64,000 bases of DNA from Lingula anatina (GCA_051362555.1 CM120644.1:25256534-25320533); one strand, 5' to 3'; counted from the stretch's first letter, positions 24,445 to 39,459 are shown. Numbers and translations are program-made. The notes: a model not told the origin generated them from the sequence alone.

Positions 24445-26900
24445 TGATGTCAAAAATGGAAATAAACAAATATCATTGCAGTTTGTCAGATTCAATCATC
24501 TACTATATTCATTATCTCAGAATGGAGGAAATTGGACATTTAACACTGTTCTATTGATATTTTTCCCATCTCATCAATTTTCTTAGTTGATCATATACAA
24601 ATGGTAGAAAACTGTTTATTTTGTTTTATGTTAAAAAAGTGTTTTAAAAATGGAAGTAAACCCATTGCAGAACAGTGCTGTCTTGTTTCAGCATATATGC
24701 AGCACCGATAACACGATAAGTGGAAAACCATTTTACCTTTTCCCTTGAAACTTACAAAACTGATGAATATTCATAATACGCAGGTCAAGTTTGAAAATCA
24801 GCATGATCGGGCCATTATTTTGGAAGTTATGCTGTTTTTTCACATTTCCTCAGATTCAATTGTTAGGCATGTTAACAGTCTCATTATTGAACTAATAAGA
24901 TACGTAAAAGTGTTTGTTTGACATTTCCTGCATCTTTATAACATTGTTAGTTGATTATGTAAAAATGATGGTAAACTTGTTATTGTGTATTATGTTATAA
25001 AGTGTCAAAAATGGAAATAAACAAATATCATTGCAGTTTGTCAGATTCAATCATCTACTATATTCATTATCTCAGAATGGAGGAAATTGGACATTTAACA
25101 CTGTTCTATTGATATTTTTCCCATCTCATCAATTTTCTTAGTTGATCATATACAAATGGTAGAAAACTGTTTATTTTGTTTTATGTTAAAAAAGTGTTTT
25201 AAAAATGGAAGTAAACCCATTGCAGAACAGTGCTGTCTTGTTTCAGCATATATGCAGCACCGATAACACGATAAGTGGAAAACCATTTTACCTTTCCCCT
25301 TGAAACTTATAAAACTGATGAATATTCATAATACGCAGGTCAAGTTCGAAAATCAGCATGATCGGGTCATTTTTTGGGAAGATATGCTGTTTTTCACTTT
25401 TTTCACCATATATGCAACACTGATAACATGATAAGTGAAAAATCATTTTACCTTTTGGCTTGAAACTTGCAGAACTAATGAATATTCATATTACGCAGGT
25501 CAAGTTCGAAAATCAGCATGATCGGGTCATTTTTAGGGTAGTTATGCTGTTTTTCACTTTTTTCAGCATATATGCAGCACCGATAACATGATAAGTGGAA
25601 AACCATTTTACCTTTTGGTTTCAAACTTACAGAACTGATGAATATTCATAATACGCAGGTCAAGTTTGAAAATCAGTATGATCCGGTCATTTTTAGGGAA
25701 GTTATGCTGTTTTTCACTTTTTTCAGCATATATGCAACACTGATACCATGATAAGTGGAAAACCATTATACCTTTTGGTTTGAAACTTGCAGAACTAATG
25801 AATATTCATAATACGCAGGTCAAGTTTGAAAATCAGCATGATCGGGTCATTTTTAGGGAAGTAATGCTGTTTTTTCACTTTTTTCAGCATGTATGCAACA
25901 CCTTTGTGATATATGATGGTACTGTATGGATGGCAGTCTATAAAATTGTCCCTTGGGTGATCACTAATTAAATTAAGGTCTATAAAGTCACTTGCCTACT
26001 CATTAATTTTCAATTGGCCATTAAATGAGATTAAATAAAACACTCCTTGAGATTTCCCTGTAAAGTCCCATAGGTTAAGCTCTCTTAACTGTGTCACAAA
26101 ATTAGGATTTGGTGATAATTGTGCAGATAAATGGTGTTTAACATTGCAAATAAATTTACAACAAAAAGAATGTGTTATGCCAACATACTATAGATGAATA
26201 ACAGTGCTTTATTTTCTAAAAATTGGTAGGGTTATTAATATCAAGTTAATACAGCTAGATTAAAAGTTTGAATAGCAGCTTTATTGGAATTTTTTACGTT
26301 TTATTTAAAATTTTTTTTAAATTATCTTTCAAACACTAGCATCTTCAAGATGTGATTTTTTACTCATTCTCATTTCTCAGTCTCATTATGGAACTAATAA
26401 GATATGTAAAAGTGTTGTTTTGACATTTTCTGCCTCTTAACAATATTGTTAGTTGATTATATAAAAATGACGGTAAACCTGTTATAATATTGTGCATTGT
26501 GTATTAAAGTATCATAAATGGAAAGGAACTCATCATTGCAGTTTGTCAGATTTAATCATTCACTATGTTCAGCATCTGCAAATGGAGCAAATTGGACATT
26601 GAAAATTGTTCTATTGATATTTTTCCTATGTCAACAATTTTCCTAGTTGAACATTTAAAAATGACAGTTTATTGATCATTTTATTTTAAAAAAAGGTGTT
26701 GAAAATGGAAAGAAAATCATTTCAGTACAGTTATCTCTTGTTTACATTTTGACATTTTGAAAGTGTGACTCTGAACTTCCATGGCCTTGAAGACCTTCCC
26801 AAATCACATTTTCTGAATATTCATGATACTTTTATTTTTTTATAAAAAATTTGATGGTCATTATGCTGTTAAGTATTATGTTTTATTGCATGAAAGTTGA
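24445..26900 (+). repeat. Dispersed repeat family with a ~555-bp local duplication and a ~160-bp internal satellite (about 25240-25900)
   Basis: Block at 24448 is repeated at 25003; gataagtg recurs at 25270, 25430, 25590 and 25750. An inverted copy lies at about 45100-46170. Confidence 0.75.
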
Positions 26901-27201
26901 AGAAAACCCTATTTTGGACACTGCTGCCAGGATAGCGATTAAGGGAAAACCATCTTACTTACGATACTGAAACTTACTGAAAAGTTTCATAAGACAGAAG
27001 TGCAGCTTGTGTTTGAAAACCAGTGTGATTGTTTTCTGTTTTGGAAGCAATGCAGGTTTATAAAGTGCTATACTGGCATTTTCAAGTTGTGACTTATCAC
27101 TCCCATCTGCCAGGAGCCCTGTACTCTTACTTTGTAACATTTTCTGTATTTTGTTAAGTTACAAGAATGATTCTTAGGATTGACATACAGCCAAAAAAAA
27201 A

Positions 27202-27275
<74 letters not shown>

Positions 27276-28119
27276 AATGAGTTTAAGCAATTTTTTTTTT
27301 GTGTGTGTGTGTGTGTGTAATTTTCACTGTACCTCATTCTGGCATTTCCAAAGTTTAACTCTTATCAGCCTGACACCTTAGGGACTATTTCCAGACCCTA
27401 TCCCTAACTGTGGATCGATCTGTCTCCATGGGAATTCTCGCTAAATTGCAATCAATGTAAGTGGCTTAGTTGTCTGTCACGCCTACTGAAACTGGCATGC
27501 CAGAATCCTAAGACTCTCAAACTGAAAGCAATTTAGTGAGAAACCCCTTGGAGTTGGATTGATCCTGTTAGATTGATCTAGGTATGGGAACTTAGTCTAT
27601 TGCTTGATACACATTTTACTTTCATCCTAATCCAATGTTATGCAGAATAAGAATTTGATGTTGGCTATGCAGTTACAGTAAGCATAATACATTAGTACAT
27701 CAGAATTGACAGTATCCTATTTCCTGCATTTTTATTTTCTGGTTTTTGTCTGTACATTTGACAGCTTTGCTGCCTTGTTAAATCTACAACAATAAACTTG
27801 AATATTTTGAAAGAATGAGTGTTGAACATCAAGAGCAGGTTTATGCACCACTTTAAGAATTTTTAAATTATTCAATTTGCATTTAAAGCAAATTTATAAC
27901 AACAACCTTGAAGTCAGAATTTTGATGTACAGTATGAATCTTTGCCAGAAAGGTGGTGATTTGATAAACCTTCACCATTCAGTGCATTGATTACAATTTC
28001 ATCCTCAATCTTAAGTGCTTCAGTGCTTTGAATCAGCAAAAAATACATGTATATCCTTCTCCATTCTCTGAACAGGTATCTTTAATATTTATTTCTAATT
28101 TGGTTTATTGTTATTTCAG

Positions 28120-28969
28120 GAATGGTTTGGAAATCTTTGTCGCAGTTTGTGAAGTTATGTTTATCCTGTTTATTCTGACCTCCACATACAGAGAGTTCAG
28201 TAAATTCAGAAACACTGGTTCTAAGGAATACTTCTCAGATCCCTGGAGTTATGTAGAGGTGGCAATTGTCTGCCTGGGATACTCAGCTATTGGTCTGTTT
28301 TTTCAACGTTTAGTCATAGTGAACTTCACCATTGCCAGTTTCCATGAACATGGCAGAGAGGAATTTGTGAACTTTTTTCCAGCAGCATTCTGGGACTACA
28401 TCCTGGGCTACACCTTGGCTGCTATGCTGGTGCTGACAGTGCTTAAGTTTTTCAAGCTGCTACGGTTTAATGTCCGCATGAACATGTTGTCTGCCACTTT
28501 GAAGAAATCTTGGAAGCCTACACTACATTTTTATCTAGTTCTAGCTCTCCTCATGATGGCCTATTCCTTCTTTGGACAATGTGCTTTTGGTCACTACATA
28601 GAACACTTCAAGTCCTTAATGGACACCTTACAGACTTTGTTCACTCTGGTCATGGGAGGATTTGAGTTTGCAATTCTAGGAGACTCAAACCGTGTCATTG
28701 GTATCATGTTTCTGATCACCTTTGCCATGATAGTCCAGGTGTCGCTGATCAATATGTTCATTGCCATTATCGACGAGTCATTCAGATATGTTCTGAAGGC
28801 CACCAAGGAGACGTCAAATGAGCTGGAGATGGTGGACTTTATGTGGACGAGATTACTGGTGATTCTTGGTCTCCACACAGGGGCAGGGGTCACCATTCCT
28901 TCCAGTATTGATTTGGAGACACTGCAACAAGAGGCTCAAGACCAACATAGTTCAAATACAAACTGCTGA
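28120..28969 (+). CDS. PKD1-like polycystin terminal exon (S2-S6 channel helices, LKFFKLLRFN, NMFIAIIDESF)
   Basis: ttatttcag| acceptor completes the phase-2 codon from 8176 across a ~19.9-kb intron. TGA at 28967-28969 and AATAAA at 29142. Confidence 0.92.
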
Positions 28970-30369
28970 CCTTTTGAAAAGCTCAGTTTTTTACATTTTT
29001 TCCTGAACAAACCAACAAAAAGAACTAAAGGAATATAGGTACCAGAACTGATTTTTAACTTATTCCACAAGCAACTATGTTTTTTACTTTTGACCACCAC
29101 AAGGAGCTTAGTTTTGGAATTTTCCAAACAGAAATATGTTTAATAAATTTTGTTGGAATAATTCAACAAATGACAATATTTGATATCGCAGATTGAGTAT
29201 ATGATAAGAGTTCTGTACATAATTGACTAATTACTGCCACTTGTTGAAAGTAGGAAATTGTATACTATGTGGACCAGGGCTCCGTAATTGAAAGCATTGC
29301 AAATACCGCATAGCCATATCACCTTTTATTTCAAGGCTTTTATATGGGGTGAGTAAATCACAAGTTATGGAATGCTTTGGAGTTGAGTCCAGACTGTTTG
29401 CAGACTCCACGTGGATGTACATTTTGTGTTTACTAGTAGCAGATTTAATTAAAATAAATGATTTAATAAGTATTATTGACACAATCTTTGCCTATTTTAA
29501 GGCTCTTTATATTCTTGTTATTATTATTTATTTGTTGTTGACTTGTTGTTGTTGTTGTTGTGATCCCTCAGATTTAGATTTTAACGTACTTGTTGATATT
29601 TTTGATAATGTATTTTATACCAGTAATTTGATATCCACTTTTTCAAATTTAATGTCATGGTTAATGTTATCATTTCTGTTAATTCAATTTAATTGCAGGT
29701 TTTGTAATACTTGTCTTTTGTCTGATTATCATGGAATTTGTACTTGTAAAAGAAACATTTGGTATATTAAAGGTATGGATTTATTAGAAAATTAATTGCA
29801 GTTATGTCTTTGTATATTGAATATTTTACGTGGTTATACTCCTGCACAAACAGTGGACATAAAAAGTTTATCATAGATAATTATCGGCTGTACATTTTAT
29901 TGCTAGAAGTCCCGCAGAACAACTTCTGTGCACAATTAAAGGTACATATGAACCGAGCATCGGTGGAGTGTGGATTCCCAGTAACACATGTAAACCACTT
30001 CTACTAGATTCTTAAATGGCTCAAATAAATTCCACATGCCAAGGGATAAACTGAATGGATCACTCGATCAGCCATAAAAGACCTTTAGACTGCTCCTTTC
30101 TTTAAATTTATGGTTGTAAATTTAACCTACTTCCGTGACCTACTTTCCTACCCCATTGACATACAGCTTAGAATGCCAGCAGAAAAATCTGTTCAAACAT
30201 CATTTTCGGGTAAAATTAAACAATGCCTTTTGGTAATTCTCTTAGTTATACTACTTGAAACTATATGCTGGCATTTGGTTAGTTTTTGTGACAAAAAATT
30301 GACTTTGTATGCATCTTTAATTCTCCAAGCACATAAAAAGTTTTCGTTATTTTACTTTCGGCTGTTTTA

Positions 30370-31256
30370 CCAAGTGGATAGACCAGAGGATGCGTGCAGT
30401 ATTTCTGAAGTTCACCCTGTACAATCCCCAGGTGAACCTGTTCAGTGTGGGACAGTTCCTGCTGGAGTTCCACCCCACTGGGGCTGTGTTCCCTTTCTAT
30501 CAGATCTTTACTTGTAAATTTTACCAATATGGGTAAGTTATTACTGGGGTTGTGTTCCCTTTCTATCAAATCTTTACTTGTAAATTTTACCAATATGAGT
30601 AATTTACCACTGGGGCTGTGTTCCCTTTCTATCAAATCTTTACTTGTAAATTTTACCAATATGGGTAAGTTATTACTGGGGCTGTGTTCCGTTTCTATCA
30701 AATCTTTACTTGTAAATTTTACCAATATGAGTAATTTACCACTGGGGCTGTGTTCCCTTTCTATCAAATCTTTACTTGTAAATTTTACCAATATGAGTAA
30801 TTTACCACTGGGGCTGTGTTCCCTTTCTATCAAATCTTTACTTGTAAATTTTACCAATATGAGTAAGTTATTACTGGGGCTGTGTTCCCTTTCTATCAAA
30901 TCTTTACTTGTAAATTTTACCAATATGAGTAATTTACCACTGGGGCTGTGTTCCCTTTCTATCAAATCTTTACTTGTAAATTTTACCAATATGAGTAATT
31001 TACCACTGGGGCTGTGTTCCCTTTCTATCAAATCTTTACTTGTAAATTTTACCAATATGAGTAATTTACCACTGGGGCTGTGTTCCCTTTCTATCAAATC
31101 TTTACTTGTAAATTTTACCAATATGAGTAAGTTATTACTGGGGCTGTGTTCCCTTTCTATCAAATCTTTACTTGTAAATTTTACCAATATGAGTAAGTTA
31201 TTACTGGGGCTGTGTTCCCTTTCTATCAAATCTTTACTTGTAAATTTTACCAATAT
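30370..31256 (+). pseudogene. Orphan partial copy of polycystin exon 7942-8176 with its own 66-bp donor array (11 donors)
   Basis: Matches 8014 onward with substitutions and has no acceptor. GT at 30533+66n up to 31193; lies 1.4 kb past the stop codon. Confidence 0.92.
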
Positions 31257-32221
31257 AATCATTTAACTTTTATGTAGCAAAGGCAAAACTAATAGTTTTA
31301 CATTAATACAGAATGGTGAATGTCGGTTGACATTTACAACACTTATTGTATATATGATATTGTCACAGTTTGTTTTTATTGGTCAAATTAACAAACTACT
31401 GTGTAATAGATTCAAGGATTTATTTGACCTGTAGAATAGAGAATGAAGTATATGTATGACTGCTCTGGTCAGGTACAAAAGAGAGTCTCAATCTTTATGT
31501 TACAGTGAATATAAAACACAATTTAAACAAAATAACTAATCAAATAACTAAACCCGTTTAATAATATAAAATAACTAAACAAATAACTATACCCATTTAA
31601 TAATATAACTTAATAACAATGTTTAGGCAATTGAATTTAAAAGAATACTTGTAGAATAGAGATACCTGTAGAATAGAGAATGAAGTACTGTATGGTCAGA
31701 TACAAAAGAGAGAGTGAAAAAGGGCACGGCAAACGACTAAGATCACGTGAAGACGATTCTCATCACGTGAGAGAATGAACCAATCAACCCCCACCAAAGA
31801 GGAAGAAAAAAAGAAAGAAGAAATAGATAAATGAATATGGTGAAAAACGGGATTTCATACACCGTCACAATATGAAGATAGAGAATAGGCCTATCTTTCG
31901 CGTTCCGCGTGATTGGCCTTATTTTTCGAGCGTGATGCGTTATTTGAACCCAATATTCTGCGTGAAACATGATTCAGGAATTCTTGATGGATCCGGCCGG
32001 ATTGGCCTGAATACATCTTGGTGATTTTGCTGTTTTAATCTTGGTGATTGGTGATTAAGGGGGGGGGGGGGTATTCCCTTCCCTCTGATATAGCACTTAT
32101 GTGTAAAATTCTTTAGCTGTCAATCTTTTTCTACATGCCCCTTTACATTTTAAAATAATCCGATTTCCGTCGATTTCTTAAAAGGAGAGTCTTGGCACAT
32201 CATAAAGCGGGTCGCGGATTA

Positions 32222-33457
32222 GCGCTGTTTTAAATTTATTATATATTTTCGTATTTTTGCTTGAATACAATTTTTAAAATGATGAAGTGAAGCTCGACGG
32301 GGCCACAAGACAAAAACGACAATGTTCTCTGATAAAATACTATTTATAAATATATTCAACAAAATATATATCATTCAGAACATACCCTTTAATAGAATAA
32401 TTCTAATGTAAACTTTAATTATATCCTTTCAAACATATTAAGTACCAGTCTCTGTAAGATTCAGAAAAATAACATAGGGGCATTGGAACATGACCCTCCC
32501 AGATTTTGTTTTCTTTTAATTTATTGTGAAGAACTATGCTAAAAACTAATAAATTGAGCCCGAAAAGTTGCATATTTAAAATAATTTATTTTTTAGAGCG
32601 TTTTATATTTAAGCCTGAAATTTTTCTCCCATATGCTTTTCTATATAAAATGTTCAGGTAACCCCATATTCACTGACAAATAACTCGTATGGCCGACGTA
32701 GTTATGTAAGATGGCTATACAAGATGTTTACAGCATATATTCAGGTACCAAAAAATGAAATAAAATTTTTTTCAAAACACAAAATGGTTAAATTACATTA
32801 AAAACAATCAACGCTAAAACTACGCGAAAAAGACCATCTGCGCATGCGCAGTAGCGGTGACTGCTAAACTACGAACTCATTCAGATGTAAATAAATTGAA
32901 TTAAGGTTATTTATCTCATGAAATGGATATTTTTGGATAAATGGCACTTGTTTTCTGGGTCATTTATTGCTTGGATTGTTTTTATGCTGACTGGTGTGTA
33001 GTATTTGTTTCCGCACATCGTTTTTTTTATATACAACATAACTAATTTTGTCCAAGATGGCGGGAGCTCTGATTGCCGTCGGTTTCGTATGTGGAAGGAG
33101 AATGCACACAGTTATTTATTTACGGCATGATATGCAATTTTTCATAAATTACCCACAAGAAAGGACTGGTAGAACTTTATGGTCGTAAATAATCGGCACT
33201 ACTAACTACGGATATCAAGAAAACTACCAGGTACATGTACCACTGTGAAAACCTCGTCTTCTCCCTCACGTGCAGTTGCCGTTAATATCCGATATAATCG
33301 ACAAATAAGTAAAGCACTGTCAGTTACTATACTCTAAATTACAGTCAGTGTTAACTTTGATACAGGTTTTCTAATAAAGTTTTGATGTTCAACGTGAGTT
33401 TGTTTTTTACGGCTATTTACTGCTTGAGTATGGTCTACCTCCAATTTAAAACAGCGC
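32222..33457. mobile_element. Putative non-autonomous TIR element
   Basis: 15-bp inverted repeat gcgctgttttaaatt at both ends; TSD not resolved. Confidence 0.45.
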
Positions 33458-33644
33458 CCTGTAAGGCCCGTCGTGCCCTCTCAGGTACTTGAAGTCGATA
33501 ACAGAACAGATTGCTTGAATACTTAATATATACAGTAGAAATTGGTACTCATACAAGTTGAAGAGATTTCTAGTTCTTCACAACCAGGATTCTAAATAAA
33601 AAAAACTTGTAAAATAAAATAGACATGTAAAAGATATCTGTCAA

Positions 33645-33787
33645 TAATAATAATAATATTCTTATATGGTGCCTTACATGCTACCTCAAGGCACCTTACA
33701 ATAATATAACTAAAATCATTAAAAAATCACTACAATATTTAATTCTGAAACAATTGGAAACCATTTAAAATTAACACTACTAAAAAC

Positions 33788-33840
<53 letters not shown>

Positions 33841-34215
33841 AAGAGATATAGACAGATTTAAAAATGTGAGTTTTAAGAAGGGATTTAAAACTGTCAAAGT
33901 CGTCTGCTTTTCTAATAAAATTTGGTAAGGCGTTCCATAATTTGGAGGCATAGATTATAAAAGCCCGATCTCCATAACTTTTGAGGCACCCCTTCTCTAA
34001 AATAGACTGTTCTAAAATAAGGTCATTCTCAGTATTAAAATGTGTGGACCGCCTTGGTCAGTTAAAACAGATAGGATCAGATAAATATAATGGTCCTTGT
34101 GTATGTATCGCCTTAAAAATAATACAAATACAAGCAGCCAGTTTTATCCTTTCAGAATGGGAGTGATATGGTGTGTACTATTGCACTTTATTTGACAAAC
34201 CAGTCTTGCAGCTCA
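33645..34215 (-). mobile_element. 3' fragment of an L2/CR1-clade LINE
   Basis: Minus strand reads GDRAF...KLWNALP...FKSLLKTHIF, the typical ORF2 C-terminus, followed by a (TAT)n tail. Confidence 0.75.
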
Positions 34216-35199
34216 GTTTTTCTCGGAAAGATATAGCAGTACATTAGATTTTTCAGTCACAAAAAATACTAAATGAGAAAACAAGTTAGCATTACTGTAT
34301 AAGCCTTGATAATCATGCTATTTGTATTAAAGACTCACCTAATCAAGTCCTGCTTAGAATAATGCTCCCACAGTTTTGATATCATAAAGTCTGTGTTATC
34401 CATAAATTTTTCTCATATTTCTTTACTGAAAACTAGCAGGTGACCTAACTTTACTCTTTACATTAAAAATTGTAAATAGTAACTTAAATAGGGGAAATTA
34501 TCATAATGATACTTTCTACCTGATTGTAACATGCCAAATTAGTCCTCAGTGCTGAGGCAGATGTTGGACTCGTCAAAATGTATGAATGTGCATGATTCTC
34601 GGGACAAAATGCATCAAATACTATCATGTTGAGGCACCCTTAACATTGATAACTGCTTTGCTTTGATATCACAACTTCTAACAGTGTAGCTGGTTACCAA
34701 TGGACTTTACCTACAACAAATATTCTTACAAATAAGTTGTATACCAAAAGAAAATTAGCAAAATTAATAAATTATGAACATCTTAGGGCAAGGAGCATGA
34801 GGGAAAATATATTATATTGGTATTTTAAGTTTGTGACAAAAATGCTGAATACCATAATAAATGTTCATATAATTTACTACTATGCAGAGAAGATGCCTCA
34901 TTTTCTTTCAAATAAGAAAGACTAAAAACATGTTTTAATTCACTGTGACTTGTTTAAAATATATTCATATACAATTAAAAGAATCAAATAAAAATGTTAA
35001 CTAATCTGGGGTGGGCACTGCTAAATCCACGCAGATTATAGATAGTAGTTTATGAATAAGGGAATTTTTTCCTGGACAGTGGTAGAAAGTCCACAAGATA
35101 TTGAAACTGAAGCTGAGACTGGCAGGAGATATTTCTCAACTATTGGATGTCAACCAAAAGAATACCACCACATTGCTGTTATTGTATGACCCTGAAAGA

Positions 35200-36680
35200 T
35201 TAACACCCATTGTCCCATTGTGAAAATTCATCATTTTAAAGTTTTTTTAAAGATCACAAAAATATTTACCTGTGTGCTTTTGACTAAATCAAGTTATTTA
35301 GCAGGACACAAGTACAAAATTTGTATTTTAATCCATTTTTAATGCAGAAATAGGGAAATATGGAAAATTTGCTATTTGGTTGACCCCATCTTGGATTGTG
35401 AATTTTCAAATTTGCATATTTTTTTAAATGTTTGAAAAAAGATTTTTTTAAATATTAAATCAAAACATTCACTTATAATGTATGACAATATTAGGTGGGT
35501 TTGGCCTGTCTATGAAAAATGTATTTAAAAATGCCAACATTTGGGCATTTTAGCTAAAATTTGAAATTTTGGAAATCTGCCATTTTTAGAGTTGTTTTTC
35601 TAAATTTTTAGGACTGTTTAAAATATTAAGTAATATGCATTTGACTAAATCAAGATATAATATTTAGCAGGATACTAAAATGAAATGTGTGTTTTATCCA
35701 TGCTTGTTTAGTTTAAAGCAGAAATAGGGACATTTTGCCATTTGATTGCCGCCATCTTGGATTAAGAATTTTAAAATTTGAATAATTTTTTGAAAAATGT
35801 GTTTGAAAAAAAATTTATTTTTGATTAAAACAGTTCAGTATATGTACTTTCTTATGTAATGTATGTCAATAATAGGTGGCTTTGGCCAGTCTATGAAAAG
35901 TGTATTTGAAAATGGCAAATTTGGGCATTTTAGCAAAATTTTGAATTTTTGAAAATTCCCCATTTTCAAAGTTATTTTTTTAATTTTTAAAGGCCAGCAA
36001 AAAATAATATTTTTTATGTTTTTCAATTAATCAAGATTTGGGATTTAGCAACATACAAATATAAAATATGTGTTTAACCATGATTGTTATTTTTAATATA
36101 CACAAATATGCAAAATGTGCAATTTGGTTGCCGCCATCTTGGATTAAGAATTTTAAAAATTGAATAATTTTTTGAAAAATGTGTTTGAAAAAAATTTTAT
36201 TTTTGATTATAAAAGGACAGTACATGTACTTTCTTATGTAATGTATGGTGATAATAGATGGCTTTGGCCAGTCTATGAAAAATGTATTTGAAATTTGCAA
36301 ATTTTGGCATTTTAGCAAAAATTGGAATTTTTGAAAATTCCCCATTTTCAAAGTTATTTTTCTAATTTTTAAAGGCCACCAAAAACATTAATTTATATGT
36401 TTTTAGTTCAAATAGGATATGATATTTAACAATGTCTGAAAATGAAAAATGTTAATTTATCCACATTTATGTTTTTTTTAGCTGAAATATAGCTGAAATT
36501 GAAATTTTGCAATCTGGATTCCGCCATCTTGGGTGAAAATTTTTAAGTGCTGTTACCATGGCAACCGAGGGTGATTCAAACAAACCAATATCCATTATGT
36601 TGGTTTGGGGCTATAATGAACAAATACACCAATTTTCATCAAAATCTGAGAGGGTCATGTGCCACCCTATTCTGAACCTT
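35200..36680. repeat. AT-rich repeat with gccgccatcttgg motifs and an internal ~380-bp duplication; probable DNA-transposon arm
   Basis: 35740-36000 is duplicated at 36120-36390. Confidence 0.55.
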
Positions 36681-37707
36681 ACAGAGACTGCTACTTAAGT
36701 AGACTTACCTGTTTACATAAAATAACTGAAACAATCCGGCTCAAAGCAGCAGCAGTAGTGGAACGCTACCAAACGACGCAGTCGTCTCGTGCAGTCGCCG
36801 CATGCATTCGTAGCGTGCATCCGTCGCGTGTAAGACGTCACGTGATATTTAGATGCCAATGAAAATTGCACATTCCGTAACAGGTTAATAGAGATTTTAA
36901 AAGCGTGTCATGGTCGTTCTGGAGGTAATGCAAATAGCAGCCACGTACACGAATTTGGCGTGACCATATACAAACTGCATCGCTGGCGGCCCGACAGCGG
37001 CCCACCGGTGGCTATCAACGGGAAGTAGCGCTCTTTCCGTCGTCATCCCGCCAACTACCGTACACATCGCTAATGTAGCCTATTTGCGGCGGGTCAACAG
37101 CGGCCAGCAAGCGATCGACGTCGTGCCGCCGTAATCATGCTATCTGGGGTTTTAGAGAGTACATATACATGTATCTTTTTCAGCTCAGTTTGTTGCATTA
37201 AAATAATGCTCTGGAGTTACAGAAAATTGCATTGAACACTTTTTGAAAAATCAAGAGCTTTTAAAATTTGGAAAACTCGCCGATTCTTGGCTTTTCTTGC
37301 TCTCATAACTTGTGTAAGATTTAAAGGCTTCATTATCATACCCCTTCAGATGTCAGTAGCACCATTCTAAGTGCAGGGCTTGCCATCTGTGACATAGAAA
37401 TGAAACAAGGATGTGTCCTTCTACTATAAATATTATTTTTATGTCACGTATTTCTTTTTTCATGCTTTATTTCTGGTCATGCAAAAGTTGCAAAAATCAA
37501 TCAATCAATCAATCAATCAATACGCTCATCAGTAAGCAAAGGTGACGCTCAAACAAAAAATGACTAAATTATATTTTCTCAATTCTCTGCTTCCTTTAGT
37601 CCGCCACTCTCTGCCATCGCCTACATCCTCTCACACAGTGACGCTGCTTATAGATTGTTGACGCTGGTTTTGACAAGCCTAGCCTTATAATAATAATAAT
37701 AATAATA

Positions 37708-37749
<42 letters not shown>

Positions 37750-38249
37750 TAAAAGAATCAACGTGGTTTAATAAGAATTTCTTGAAGACATCATTCGCAC
37801 TGCCACCTATCGTCATTCACGTCCAACAAGGCGCAGTGCAGACGAATTCTGTTTAAGTGGTTTTGGTCACCAAAAATGATATGAAAATGGTGAGCTAACA
37901 GCAAGGTCATCAATGTGATGTTGTTTTCAATGCTTCTTATAATTTGTAGCAATTTAATGAGAGCCTTGTGTACTTCAAATATTTTGTAAAACGTATCTAA
38001 AAAGGCATAAGTGCAGCGGCGGCAAAGTGTGGGTGAAACAGTGGCCTCTCGAGTCCCGTCGTCGTCCACCCCAGATGTTCGGGAAGGAGTTGGCTCAGCT
38101 GACACCAGTTATCAGTTATAATTTACAGATAAAGAGTTTTGTAGTATTATGGTGCCATTGCAGACCATTAACCATTGAATGTTACGAACACACAACTAGA
38201 AAAAGAGGTATTTTATATTTTTAGTTTAAGATAGTGCGGTGATGCCAGC

Positions 38250-38355
38250 ATGTGGACCAGTGTCTCACCTAACAAGAAGAAAAATCTTTCTTTGTGGAGC
38301 TGTATCACTGATCACACCAAAGTAGTTCTGATCTTGCTCCTTGCTGTACTCATAG
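38250..38355 (+). CDS. Probable first coding exon (signal peptide ...KVVLILLLAVLI) of the FCGBP-like gene
   Basis: ATG at 38250, a hydrophobic stretch and a phase-1 |gtagga donor; joins in frame to 43622 (GVSG-IPDSAGTDF). Confidence 0.6.
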
Positions 38356-39459
38356 GTAGGAAAACCTTCTTGTTTGATTAAATCAACACATGTAAGCAAT
38401 ATTACCTAGTACATATTTATTTTTTCCTTTAAATTGACATGTAAGTTACAATTATTATAGTGTCTTCAAACCATGTCAGCAGTACTCACAGTTAATATTA
38501 AATCTGTATTATTATATTGAAGACCTAGCTTTTATATCATGTCCAGTCTGTGCCTTGAACATTTCAGCTTACTGGGCATTCAAACCACCAGTTTCATTTT
38601 ATTTACTGGTTCTAATTAAAGGGATAACAACTCTTCATATGAGATCTATATTTCACAATAAAAACATTAAACAATTCATAGAAATATAATGTATTCTGTT
38701 TTACTACACAAACAGCAGTTAAAGCAATTATCCTGAAATCTGTGCTTGCCATCAAACCATATTCCCTAAAAAGATGGCTATGCTCTGTAATAATCTCTTA
38801 AGTGATTATTAAAAAAAAAAACTTTTTAGAAAAAAAAAAAAAAACAGGGATTAACTTTGAATGTAGAAACGGATTCATTAACGACTGGTAAGAATGGGAT
38901 AATTGTTTTTGTATCCCAGGAAAATTCATTTTTGACCAAAATGAATAGTTGTTATCCTTTTAAATTTCAGTGGTCCACATTAAAAATTTAGTGGACATTC
39001 TTAGTAATAAGTACTACACATCAATGTCATTTATTACACATTTTGGTGTTTTGAAGAATGAGGTTTAATTTGTTTGTTATGAGGTAAGTGAGATGCACTC
39101 ATAAATATTTTAAGAAAGCTTAAAGGAAAGGTTAGATTGTTAAAGAAAAGAACCTACTAGCCATGTCAGACAATGAAATTCACAAATTCTGAAAAATCTA
39201 CTGGTCTCTGAGAAATTTTACTGACCGTGGGCATTAGACAAGTGGTTAACATTGCATACTGTATATAAGTACCAAGTGTGGATCCAGGATTTTTTTTTTT
39301 GGTATTTTAGTGGATTAACAGTGCCATTTAGTACGGTTTAGAACTATGATTCAGCTAGTCAAAATTCTAATTTCAAGAGGGGGACCAGAAATCGAAGGTG
39401 GGGTCTGGACCCCCTGCCCCCCCCCCCCCCCCCTTTAAATCAGCCTCTGAGTACTACTA

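Noticed and set aside
23355-25900. ~206-bp and ~160-bp tandem repeats as junction arrays
   Set aside because: Both are internal to dispersed or TE-type repeats and are not associated with exons.
29231-30007. ORFs downstream of the polycystin stop
   Set aside because: AT-rich 3' UTR or intergenic sequence with no recognisable motifs or splice support.
30279-31266. 327-aa and 273-aa ORFs (and the similar ones at 7938-8511 and 17375-17835)
   Set aside because: Alternative-frame readings of the 66-bp donor repeat; the polycystin frame has a stop in every unit.
37687-37749. (AAT)n/(ATT)n inverted microsatellite, and (TA)n runs at about 11102, 19139, 27206 and 33790
   Set aside because: Common simple repeats with no further structure.
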